Assembly (NCBI GenBank): GCA_030167145.1
Contig: CP126532.1
Coordinates: forward strand, 4,260,001-4,292,000
Origin: Ktedonobacterales bacterium
GTDB taxonomy: Bacteria; Chloroflexota; Ktedonobacteria; Ktedonobacterales; JADMIN01
DNA: 32,000 nucleotides
Direction: 5' to 3'
Shown here: piece after piece, positions 9,116 through 16,577 of the stretch
Layout: every line of letters starts with the position of its first letter
Numbering within the stretch: position 1 is the first letter of the stretch
Made by a program: the position numbers and the translations under genes
Notes under the pieces: model-generated
Databases searched by the model: none
What the model saw: the letters and a program-made list of their open reading frames with translations, nothing else
Told to the model about the DNA's origin: nothing

Positions 9116-9397
9116 CTAGCTGAGGCCGCGCAAGAGGTGGGCGACGAGCACAGGATCGCGGCGAATGATCTCGCGTGTGCCGACCAGGAAGGCGACCTCG
9201 CCTTTGGCGGCATCGCGCACGTAGAGCATCATCGGTTCAGAGAGGGCGGCAAGGGGCAGATCCGCTGCGCTAGGCGTCTGCGCGAGTTTGGGCAGTGCGC
9301 TGGCAGCGGGGACGCCGAAGGCGCTGGCGACGACGCCGATGCTGGCGGCGCTGACGGTGGTCTGGGTGAGAAAGCGGCGTCGGGTGAGTTTTGCCAT
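9116..9397 (-). CDS. small twin-arginine (Tat) signal protein, unknown function
   Basis: Start MAKLTRRRFLTQ (ATG 9397..9395), with AAGGAG 9 nt upstream. It has a Tat motif (RRRFL), a hydrophobic h-region and an ASA-type cleavage site. The 93-aa gene lies 50 nt upstream of DUF4331 on the same strand. Confidence 0.6.
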   Translation of the reverse strand: MAKLTRRRFLTQTTVSAASIGVVASAFGVPAASALPKLAQTPSAADLPLAALSEPMMLYVRDAAKGEVAFLVGTREIIRRDPVLVAHLLRGLS

Positions 9398-9497
9398 GGT
9401 GCGCATCTCCTTTTGAGCAATGTTGAGCACAGTTGGGCATTGGCCCGATACATCCGTGATGGTGAAGAACAGGCGGCGCGCGGGCAGCCAGCGGCGC

Positions 9498-9524
9498 GGC
9501 GTGCGTCTAGTGGACGCCCCTACG
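9498..9524 (-). repeat. REP-like element, degenerate copy (family R1)
   Basis: GGCGTGCGTCTAGTGGACGCCCCTACG keeps the 3' arm and CCCTACG tail of the R1 consensus, but the 5' arm is eroded. Confidence 0.5.
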
Positions 9525-9643
9525 CTGTGGCGCGGCTCAGTCATCCCGGCAGATGGAGAGCGGGCGGGAATACCACACGTGACGGGTTGTTTTACTGGTT
9601 GTTTGGGGTGGCTGAGTCGAGGGTGACTCTGCTACGCGACGGC

Positions 9644-9668
9644 GGGCGTCCACCGGACGCCCCTACGG
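9644..9668 (-). repeat. REP-like element (family R1: GTAG + 8-bp hairpin)
   Basis: GGGCGTCCaccGGACGCCCCTACGG. The minus strand reads CCGTAG followed by the GGGCGTCC/GGACGCCC stem. Confidence 0.8.
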
Positions 9669-9882
9669 ATGGGGAGCGGCCACGCTACACACCGCACTAC
9701 GATGGATCGTGAGCCTTATCGGGCGCTGGGGGATGATCCATTCGGCCACATGGATACCGCATGCTCCGTGCCAGACAAGTTCACCAACTGAGGCGCATTG
9801 TGCGCGCGTTGTGATACGAATCCGTATGCCAACATGTACACGGGTGCGCGGGGAGTGGATGAGAGCGCGCCGGTGCGAGGGT

Positions 9883-9930
9883 AGTGTAGCATGCGAAGAT
9901 TTGGTGTGGAATGAGGACAGAGACGGACAT
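9883..9930 (-). promoter_or_regulatory. composite promoter-like motif (extended -10 TGCTACACT plus conserved upstream 16-mer)
   Basis: The minus strand reads ATGTCCGTCTCTGTCC-N26-TACACT, and the N26 ends in TGC. The same two blocks occur with identical 26-nt spacing at 15823-15870. Confidence 0.35.
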
Positions 9931-10022
9931 CAGCAGTCAACGCCGTGCAGAGGGGGACACGGGTTTGGGGGTGGGCGCTGGCATCTCCGGACAGAGTCCA
10001 GCGACGCCAGCAGAACACATGC

Positions 10023-11213
10023 TTAGAGCGCTTCGAAGATGGCGGCGATGCCCTGGCCGCCACCGATGCAGAGCGAGGCCGCGCCGTACTTCAGGCCGTT
10101 GCGGCGTAGCTCGGAGATCAGGGTGAGGGCGAGGCGTGCGCCACTGGCGGCGAGCGGATGGCCTAGCGAGATCGCGCCGCCGTTGACGTTGGTTTTGTCG
10201 CGGTCCAGCCCTAGCTCTTTCTCGACGGCGAGGTACTGGGCGGCGAAGGCTTCGTTGACCTCGACGCGATCCATCTGGGCGAGAGTGAGGTCGGCGCGCT
10301 TGAGCGCCTGGCGGATGGCGGGCGCGGGGCCGATGCCCATGATGGTTGGCTCGACGCCGACGATGCCCCAGGAGACAAGGCGCGCAAGCGGGGTGAGGCC
10401 ATGCTCACGTGCGGCAGCGCCGGTGGCGATGACGAGGGCGGCGGCGGCGTCGTTGATGCCGCTGGCGTTGCCGGGCGTGACCACGCCGCCCTGCTTGAAG
10501 CGGGCGGGGAGCTTGGCGAGCGCTTCGAGCGAGGTCTCGCGGATGCCTTCGTCCTGGTCTACGACGACCTCTTTGCCCTTGCGGTCCTTGATGGTGACAG
10601 GGGTGATCTCTTCGGCGAGCCAACCCTGTTGCTGGGCGTGGCGGGCGGTCTGCTGGCTGCGCAGGGCGTAGGCATCAATCTCTTCGCGGCTGATGTGATA
10701 CTGCTCAGCGAGGTTTTCGGCGGTGATGGCCATGCCGCAGCCACAATAGCTATCTACCAGGGATTCCCAGAGATAGTCTTCGAGTTTGTGCTCGCCGAGA
10801 TTGAGGCCGGTGCGTGCGCCACGAATGACGAAGGGGGCCTGGGTCATGTTCTCCGCGCCGCCGACGAGGGCAATAGAGCCTTCACCGAGCAGCAGGGATT
10901 GCGCGCCGTTGACGAGGGCCTGAAGGCCGGAGCCGCAGAGGCGGTTGACGGTGAGGGCGGGGACTTCGATGGGCACGCCAGCCTTGAGGGCGATGTGGCG
11001 GGCGCAGTAGATAGCGTCTTTGCTGGTTTGCAGCACGTTGCCGAAGACGACCTGATCTATGTCTTTGGCATCCACACCAGCGCGCTGGAGAGCGGCCCTG
11101 GCGGCGATGACGCCCAGGTCATTGGCGGAGACATCCTTCAGCGCGCCCATGAACGTGCCGAAGGGGGTGCGCGCGCCGCCAACGATGACGATATCGCGAT
11201 CTTGATAGTCCAT
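10023..11213 (-). CDS. acetyl-CoA C-acetyltransferase (thiolase II)
   Basis: Start MDYQDRDIVIVGGARTPFG. The motifs are NRLCGSGLQA (acyl-Cys), NEAFAAQ, NGGAISLGHPLAASG and the C-terminal CIGGGQGIA. 396 aa. Confidence 0.9.
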   Translation of the reverse strand: MDYQDRDIVIVGGARTPFGTFMGALKDVSANDLGVIAARAALQRAGVDAKDIDQVVFGNVLQTSKDAIYCARHIALKAGVPIEVPALTVNRLCGSGLQALVNGAQSLLLGEGSIALVGGAENMTQAPFVIRGARTGLNLGEHKLEDYLWESLVDSYCGCGMAITAENLAEQYHISREEIDAYALRSQQTARHAQQQGWLAEEITPVTIKDRKGKEVVVDQDEGIRETSLEALAKLPARFKQGGVVTPGNASGINDAAAALVIATGAAAREHGLTPLARLVSWGIVGVEPTIMGIGPAPAIRQALKRADLTLAQMDRVEVNEAFAAQYLAVEKELGLDRDKTNVNGGAISLGHPLAASGARLALTLISELRRNGLKYGAASLCIGGGQGIAAIFEAL

Positions 11214-11289
11214 GATGGTTTTGCCTCCCACAGGTGGGGTTGGGTACACGTCGCGGTGTACCCGATGATTGGGCGTCCAGCGGTGCGAC

Positions 11290-11314
11290 GGGCGTCCGCC
11301 GGACGCCCCTACGA
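11290..11314 (-). repeat. REP-like element (family R1)
   Basis: GGGCGTCCgccGGACGCCCCTACGA, 8 nt downstream of the hbd stop on the minus strand. It is preceded by the partial copy GGGCGTCCAGCGG and the shared CGGTGCGA leader. Confidence 0.85.
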
Positions 11315-11321
11315 TGGTGTG

Positions 11322-12182
11322 CTAATTGTCGTCGGCGCCGACGTAGAAGCCTTTGCCGTTCTTTTTGCCGTAGCGGCCAGCCTGGACCATGCGGCGCAGA
11401 AGGGTGGGCGGGGCGTAGGCGGGATCGGGATATTCCTTGTAGATGGCTTCGGCGGCGTAGAGGGTGGTGTCGAGGCCGACATAGTCGAGCAGCTCGAAGG
11501 GACCCATGGGATAGCCGCAGCCAAGCTTCATTCCGGTGTCAATGTCTTCTTTGGTGGCGATGCCGTTCTCGTACATGCGGATGGCGGCGAGCATGTAGGG
11601 GATGAGCAGGAAGTTGACGACGAAACCGGCGGTGTCTTTGGCGATGATCGGCGTCTTGCCAACGGAGATGGCGAACTGGCGCAACTCTTCGATGGTCTGG
11701 TCGCTGGTGGCGATAGAGCGGATGACCTCGACCAGCTTCATAAGCGGGACAGGGTTGAAGAAGTGCAGGCCGATGACGCGGTCCTGGCGGGTGGTGACGG
11801 CGGCCATTTCGATGATGGGCAGCGACGAGGTGTTGCTGGCGAGGAGGGCGTCGCGTTTGGCGATGCCTTCGAGTTTGGCGAAGAGATCGCGCTTGTGGTC
11901 GAGATTTTCGATGATGGCTTCAATGATGAGGTCGCAGTCCGCGAACTCGGCGAGATCGAGCGTGCCACGGATGTGGCCGCGATATCCGGCGGCCTGTTCG
12001 GCGGTGATTTTGCCTTTGCCGGTGAGCATGTCCCACGCGCCAGTGACTCGGGCCATACCCTTATCGAGCAATTCTTGATTGACTTCGTTGAGCAGCACAT
12101 CGTAGCCTGCCTGGGCAGTGACCTGGGCAATGCCGCTGCCCATGAGGCCACCGCCGATGATGCCGACTTTCTTGATCGCCAT
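11322..12182 (-). CDS. hbd: 3-hydroxybutyryl-CoA dehydrogenase
   Basis: Start MAIKKVGIIGGGLMGSGIAQ (Rossmann GxGxxG), with AGGAGG upstream. The 3HCDH-type blocks NTSSLPI, HFFNPVPLMKLVEV and GFVVNFLL are present. 286 aa. Confidence 0.9.
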   Translation of the reverse strand: MAIKKVGIIGGGLMGSGIAQVTAQAGYDVLLNEVNQELLDKGMARVTGAWDMLTGKGKITAEQAAGYRGHIRGTLDLAEFADCDLIIEAIIENLDHKRDLFAKLEGIAKRDALLASNTSSLPIIEMAAVTTRQDRVIGLHFFNPVPLMKLVEVIRSIATSDQTIEELRQFAISVGKTPIIAKDTAGFVVNFLLIPYMLAAIRMYENGIATKEDIDTGMKLGCGYPMGPFELLDYVGLDTTLYAAEAIYKEYPDPAYAPPTLLRRMVQAGRYGKKNGKGFYVGADDN

Positions 12183-12276
12183 TGATCTATGATCCTCCTG
12201 AGATCTCCATGTACAGTCTTGTGGAATGACCGCGCCACATTGTACCGCATGGGCGCGGGGTCGGGCCATAGCGGCG

Positions 12277-12302
12277 GGCGGTTGAAACCGCGCCTGAATG
12301 GC
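12277..12302. repeat. 26-nt motif with 14-bp palindrome GCGGTTnnAACCGC (copy 1)
   Basis: GGCGGTTGAAACCGCGCCTGAATGGC matches 20930-20955 at 24 of 26 positions. It lies 95 nt upstream of the hbd start. Confidence 0.6.
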
Positions 12303-12397
12303 GTACCGCTGCTCCGCTACGCTCACAGCCTGCTCCGCTCCCTATAGATCGCTAGCTGCGCCGCAGGCTGGCCCCGCTGTCGCAGGTTGGGAGCAGA

Positions 12398-12421
12398 GGC
12401 AGACAGGAATGTCCGCCCCAC
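12398..12421 (-). repeat. REP-like element (family R2: GTGG + hairpin)
   Basis: GGCAGACAGGAATGTCCGCCCCAC. The minus strand reads GTGG then the stem GCGGACA/TGTCTGC with one mismatch. It abuts the R1 copy at 12431. Confidence 0.7.
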
Positions 12422-12430
12422 GGTGCGAGC

Positions 12431-12455
12431 GGGCGTCCACCGGACGCCCCTATGA
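12431..12455 (-). repeat. REP-like element (family R1)
   Basis: GGGCGTCCaccGGACGCCCCTATGA, with the tail variant ATAG on the minus strand, 27 nt downstream of the GH31 stop. Confidence 0.85.
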
Positions 12456-12481
12456 GGGACAGATGCGAGCACAAGGGATGT

Positions 12482-15133
12482 CTATGCGAGTGTGACCTCC
12501 ATGGTGAAGGGGGCGGAGATGCGGCCCAGTGGGATGCGGATGAGGGTTTCGTAGCGGCGGGCGACGATTTCGCCGCCGGTGAGTGGGCGGCCATCGAGGC
12601 TGGCGGCGGCGATGGTTGGGCGGGGGTCGTGCGGGCCAGCGGCGAAGGGCAGGTGGAGTTCGACGAGCCAGTCGCGGGGTTCGGCGTCGTAGTCGCCAGT
12701 TGGTTGGGCAGCGATGAAAGTGAACCTCTCCCCCAACCCCTCTCCTCGTAGGAGAGGGGAGATGGCTGTGCCAGTGCGGGAGGCGGTGAAGGTGGTGAGG
12801 CGGGAGGAGCCGCGCTGGTAGGCAGGGGTGGCGCCGTCGTCTTCGTAGAGGCTGCCGGTGGCCTGGCTGTCGGCCTCGGGGCCGAGATAGGCGGCGAGGG
12901 TGATGGGGTCGTCGGGGCGCTCACCAACGAATTGCATGACGGGGCCGAGCGGCAGAATCGCGCCTTCGCGAACGAAGAGCGGCAGCACGTCGAGCGGGGA
13001 GTCTACGCGGCGGCGCAGCGGGCCGACGATGCGCTCACCGGTGCGCCAGTCGCGCCATGCGCCGCGCGGGAACTGGACGATGCGCTGGGGCTGGTTGTCT
13101 TCGATGACGGGGGCGCAGAGAAGGTCGCCGCCGAGCAGGTGCTGATCTTCGATGGTGGCGAGGGTGTCTTCATCGGGGAAAGCGTAGGCGAAGGGGCGGG
13201 CGATAGGCGCTCCGGTGCGGGCGGCTTCGGCAAAGACGGTGTAGAGGTACGGCAGCAGGCGGTAGCGCAGCTCGATGGCGTCGCGGATCAAGGTTTCGAA
13301 GGGCTGGCCGAAGGCCCAGGGTTCCTGCGCTTTGGTGGCGAGGGCGCTGTGGTTGCGGAAGAACGGGAAGACGGAGCCAAGCTGAGTGAAACGGACGAGG
13401 AGAGGCCCGGTGGCGTCGAGCCAGAAGCCGCCGGTATCGAAGCCGACGAAGGGGACGCCGGAGAGGCCAAGGGCGAGGCACATGCGCGCGGCGAGGCGCA
13501 TATGTTCCCAAGTGCTCTGGTTGTCGCCGGTCCAGAGCGCGGCGTAGCGCTGGACGCCTGCATAGCCGGAACGCGAGAGGACGAACGGGCGCTGGTCGGG
13601 GCGGTGGCGGAGCAGCCCTTCGTGGGTGGCGCGGGCCATCTGCATGCCGTAGGCATTGTGGAGCGCGCGATGGGGGATGGGGCCGTCATAGCCGTCGGGG
13701 TGCTGCATGGTGTCGGTGGCGAGGGTGGTGCCGCGCGGGGTCGCGCCGTCGGGGACAAAGCGGTCGGTGAGGGCAGGCTCGTTCATGTCGTCCCAGATGG
13801 CGGTGACGCCTGCATCGAGGAGGACGCGCTGGCGCTCGCCCCACCACTCGCGGACGTCAGCGCGGGTGAAGTCTGGGAAGACGCACTCGCCGGGCCAGAC
13901 GACTCCGATGAAGAGGGAGCCGTCGGCGTTGCGGATGAAATAGTCGCGCTCCAGCCCTTCATGGAAGGTGGGGTCGGTGGGGTCGGCTTTGATGCCGGGG
14001 TCAATGATGGTGACGACTTTATAGCCCTGGGCGTTGAGGTCGGCGAGCATGGCGGCGGGGTCGGGGAAGCGGTGAGGGTCGAAGGTGAAGTCGCGGTAGC
14101 CGTCCATGTAGTCTATGTCGAGCCAGAGGTGGTCGCAGGGGATGCCACCCTGACGGAACCGGGCGGCGATGTCGCGGACCTGAGGCTCCGGGTAGTAGCT
14201 CCAGCGGCACTGGCCGTAGCCGAGCGCCCAGCGCGGGGGCATGGGCATGTGACCGGTGAGGTCAGCGTAGCGGGCGAGGACGGCGGCGGGGGTGGGTCCG
14301 GCGAAAATATAGTAGGTGAGGTCGCCGCCATCGGCGCCGAAGGTGAGGGTGTCGGCGGTGGTGGCTCCGGCGTCTAGCTCGGCGCGCCAGACGCTATCGA
14401 GGAAGATGCCGTAGGCGCGGCCCTGGCGCAGGCCGAGCCAGAAGGGGATGCTGGCGTACATGGCGGTGGTGTCGGGGCCATGGGGCTGGGGTGGGTCGGT
14501 GTTCCAGTAGATGATGCGCTGGCCGCGCCGGTCGAGCGGGGCGGTGCGTTCGCCCGCGCCAAGGATGCGTTCTCCGGGGGCGAGGCGCTTGGCGCAGCGG
14601 ACGTGGCCGGGGTCGCGGGTGGTGTCGGGGATGTGATTGGGGGCGGGCGCAGTGTGGATGCCCATGCCGAGGGCGGGGTCGTCTTCGGAGAAGGGTGTGC
14701 CGTCGGGCCAGCGGCAGGTGAGGCGGAAGGGATCGGTGGCGATTTCGAGGCGCATGGCAGGGGTGGTGAGGGTGAGAATCTCTTCCCCTGCCCCCTCTCC
14801 CACGGGGCGAGGGGGTTGTAGGGTTGCCGATTCTGCCGATTTTGCGGAGTCGTGGGTTTGTTCATGGATGGTGACGGAGGGCCAGGTGTCGCGGACGACG
14901 GCCCAGGAGGGGGCGGGAGTGACGCCGGGCGGGAGGTAGCGGACGCAGGCGAGGTCGTCGGCGAGGATGGCAATCTCGACGCGCGTGCCGTCGGCGGCGA
15001 CGAAGCGCCAGGAGGGACCCTCTCCCCCACCCCCTCTCCTACGAGGCGAGGGGAGCGCAGAGGAGTTGCCGGGTTCAAGCTGGACGGATCCGATGGGTTG
15101 GTAGCCACGAGGTTGGCCGGGCTGATGGTTCAT
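12482..15133 (-). CDS. glycoside hydrolase family 31 alpha-glucosidase
   Basis: 883 aa. The motifs are WLDIDYMDGYRDFT, IWDDMNEPA (nucleophile Asp in the WiDMNEP motif) and RSGYAGVQRYAALWTGDN. AAGGAG lies 8 nt upstream of ATG 15133. Repeat elements are read in frame within the ORF (see findings). Confidence 0.9.
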   Translation of the reverse strand: MNHQPGQPRGYQPIGSVQLEPGNSSALPSPRRRGGGGEGPSWRFVAADGTRVEIAILADDLACVRYLPPGVTPAPSWAVVRDTWPSVTIHEQTHDSAKSAESATLQPPRPVGEGAGEEILTLTTPAMRLEIATDPFRLTCRWPDGTPFSEDDPALGMGIHTAPAPNHIPDTTRDPGHVRCAKRLAPGERILGAGERTAPLDRRGQRIIYWNTDPPQPHGPDTTAMYASIPFWLGLRQGRAYGIFLDSVWRAELDAGATTADTLTFGADGGDLTYYIFAGPTPAAVLARYADLTGHMPMPPRWALGYGQCRWSYYPEPQVRDIAARFRQGGIPCDHLWLDIDYMDGYRDFTFDPHRFPDPAAMLADLNAQGYKVVTIIDPGIKADPTDPTFHEGLERDYFIRNADGSLFIGVVWPGECVFPDFTRADVREWWGERQRVLLDAGVTAIWDDMNEPALTDRFVPDGATPRGTTLATDTMQHPDGYDGPIPHRALHNAYGMQMARATHEGLLRHRPDQRPFVLSRSGYAGVQRYAALWTGDNQSTWEHMRLAARMCLALGLSGVPFVGFDTGGFWLDATGPLLVRFTQLGSVFPFFRNHSALATKAQEPWAFGQPFETLIRDAIELRYRLLPYLYTVFAEAARTGAPIARPFAYAFPDEDTLATIEDQHLLGGDLLCAPVIEDNQPQRIVQFPRGAWRDWRTGERIVGPLRRRVDSPLDVLPLFVREGAILPLGPVMQFVGERPDDPITLAAYLGPEADSQATGSLYEDDGATPAYQRGSSRLTTFTASRTGTAISPLLRGEGLGERFTFIAAQPTGDYDAEPRDWLVELHLPFAAGPHDPRPTIAAASLDGRPLTGGEIVARRYETLIRIPLGRISAPFTMEVTLA
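12725..12761 (+). repeat. GC-rich palindromic element inside the GH31 CDS (copy 1)
   Basis: CCTCTCCCCCAACCCCTCTCCTcgtAGGAGAGGGGAG has a perfect 10-bp stem and a 3-nt loop. It is translated on the gene strand as SPLLRGEGLGER. Confidence 0.8.
14780..14822 (+). repeat. GC-rich palindromic element inside the GH31 CDS (copy 2, imperfect)
   Basis: CTCTTCCCCTGCCCCCTCTCCCACGGGGCGAGGGGGTTGTAGG is translated as PRPVGEGAGEE and directly abuts the 9-mer doublet repeat at 14823. Confidence 0.7.
14823..14843 (+). repeat. 9-bp doublet repeat GTTGCCGATTCTGCCGATTTT inside the GH31 CDS
   Basis: This is the same word as at 15248, 15458 and 15678 in the intergenic field. It is translated on the gene strand as KSAESAT. 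Confidence 0.8.
15018..15055 (+). repeat. GC-rich palindromic element inside the GH31 CDS (copy 3)
   Basis: CCCTCTCCCCCACCCCCTCTCCTACGAGGCGAGGGGAG is translated as PSPRRRGGGGEG near the N-terminus. Confidence 0.75.
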
Positions 15134-15162
15134 GGATGTTGCTCCTTAGGGTGTATCAGGTG

Positions 15163-15701
15163 TGGTGGCCGAAGTGGCCGGAATGGGCGATTGTGCGCTG
15201 ATGGCAGTTGTTGGAGTTGCCAGCGAGATGCTGGCGGTACAGGTGGAGTTGCCGATTCTGCCGATATTTGCAGGGCAGACAGGAATGTCTGGCCCACCAG
15301 TGGCCGAAATGGCCGATTTGTGCGGTTGGGTGGGGGGAATGACGGGATGTGGCGGGGAATGACGGGAGATGGTGGGAGATTTTTCGCCGTTTTCGCCGCA
15401 ATTTCGCGTTGCACGTATGGTGAGCAATGGCTGATATGGCCGATGTGCGCGAAGGCAGTTGCCGATTCTGCCGATTTTTTGATTGTGCGCGGAAGGTACG
15501 TGGGGTAATGGTGGTGGAAGCTCCGCAGCATGAATGTTACGGGTAATCCTGTACGGACGAGAGCCGCGAAGGGCGAACAGCTAGCTCGTGCGAGGGAGTT
15601 TTCGCCGTTTTCGCCGCGATGTTGAGTGGCCGATATGGCCGATTGTGTGATCGTGCGCATGTGTGTTGCCGGTGTTGAGTTGCCGATTCTGCCGATTTTT
15701 A
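15163..15701. repeat. field of at least 10 stuttered 9-bp doublet repeats (three or more word families)
   Basis: GTTGCCGA-TTCTGCCGA-TTTT occurs at 15248, 15458 and 15678. GTGGCCGA-nATGGCCGA-TTGTGCG variants occur at 15165, 15298, 15425 and 15624. TTTTCGCCG-TTTTCGCCG occurs at 15380 and 15598. GGGAATGACGGGA occurs twice in 15336-15378. Confidence 0.85.
15273..15297 (-). repeat. REP-like element (family R2)
   Basis: GGGCAGACAGGAATGTCTGGCCCAC. The minus strand reads GTGG then the hairpin GCCAGACA-TTCC-TGTCTGCC. Confidence 0.7.
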
Positions 15702-15822
15702 GGATGGATGGCGAAAGTGGTGGTTGTGGGATGCCGCTCTATCGCCGTTGCCCCAGTTGCCAATATGTTCGCGAGGGCATACGGCGATAGCGTGCGATGG
15801 GGCGCAGGGAGTTCCACTGGGC

Positions 15823-15870
15823 AGTGTAGCATGGGATGGGAGCGGGGCGCGAGGGGACAAACACGGACAT
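15823..15870 (-). promoter_or_regulatory. composite promoter-like motif, second copy
   Basis: The minus strand reads ATGTCCGTGTTTGTCC-N26-TACACT, preceded by TGC. It is the counterpart of 9883-9930. Confidence 0.35.
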
Positions 15871-15955
15871 TGGCGGGCAGCGGGGAAGGTTTGAAGTGGG
15901 CTATGACGGCGGGTTGGTGGGAGGGGGTACGATGGGACTGGGACAAGGAAGAGGG

Positions 15956-15984
15956 TTGCGCGAATGGGCGGGTACGATTACAAT
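15956..15984 (+). promoter_or_regulatory. sigma70-type promoter candidate for the 16164 membrane-protein gene
   Basis: TTGCGC (15956-15961), 17-nt spacer, TACAAT (15979-15984). Confidence 0.45.
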
Positions 15985-16163
15985 AGACTAGTGGCATGCT
16001 CTCTAGCTGGGCGCGGCTTGCCCGCGCGGTCGCGAGCGTATCGCCACTCCACAGATGTCTACTTCCGCGCACTTTTTGGTCGCCGCTCTGGCGGCTTTGC
16101 TGGCGTTCGGCTTGCTGAGGCTGGGCGCGGCGTCTGTTGATCCGCTGCGAAAGGATCCCGTTG

Positions 16164-16553
16164 ATGAAATCCGCTCGTTCCCCCAAGCCGCTGGTCAGCA
16201 CGCTGGTGGCGTTGTTATTTGTGCTGGCGTTTGTGCTGCCATTTTTTCAGTATGATTACCTGGCCGGTCCGGCGACGCCATTCGATCAGGTGCAGGCTGG
16301 CAGCATTCGCTATGGGGTGATTTTGGCGCTGGCGCTGGTGTGGCTGGGGATCCAGCTTTTCTGGAAGGCGCCGACGGAGGCGACGAAGCTGGGGCTGGCG
16401 GCGTCGGCGACGATTGTGTGGCTGGCGATGACGCTGTTCTTCAATTTCCACGATCCGCAGTACGGTGGCCCGGTGGCGTTCTTCGCGCTGATGGGCGGGT
16501 TGGGGATTGTGTTGTTGTGGACGCGCTTCCTGGCGGACGACATTTCGTTCTGA
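16164..16553 (+). CDS. small integral membrane protein, unknown function
   Basis: Start MKSARSPKPLV (ATG 16164), with AAGGA 8 nt upstream. The 129-aa product has 4 hydrophobic segments. A strong terminator follows. Confidence 0.6.
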   Translation: MKSARSPKPLVSTLVALLFVLAFVLPFFQYDYLAGPATPFDQVQAGSIRYGVILALALVWLGIQLFWKAPTEATKLGLAASATIVWLAMTLFFNFHDPQYGGPVAFFALMGGLGIVLLWTRFLADDISF

Positions 16554-16577
16554 GGCGAAACGCATCGTTTGGCAGAG

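Noticed and set aside
10401-12185. 594-aa plus-strand ORF spanning the thiolase and hbd region
   Set aside because: It is antisense to two genes with unmistakable catalytic motifs. Its translation is Gly/Asp/Ala-rich and of low complexity.
12932-14377. 481-aa plus-strand ORF inside the GH31 locus
   Set aside because: It is a shadow ORF opposite the GH31 catalytic domain and has no motif.
15134-15701. 9-mer doublet field as a CRISPR array or as the coding sequence of ORF 15130..15660
   Set aside because: There is no constant repeat separated by unique spacers of uniform length. The ORF translation is just the repeats (IGHIGH, KSAESAT) and has no SD or start context.
16055-16255. 66-aa ORF with a hydrophobic N-terminus upstream of and overlapping the 16164 gene
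   Set aside because: It has no SD and overlaps the better-supported 16164 gene in another frame. Its C-terminal half has a non-coding-like composition.
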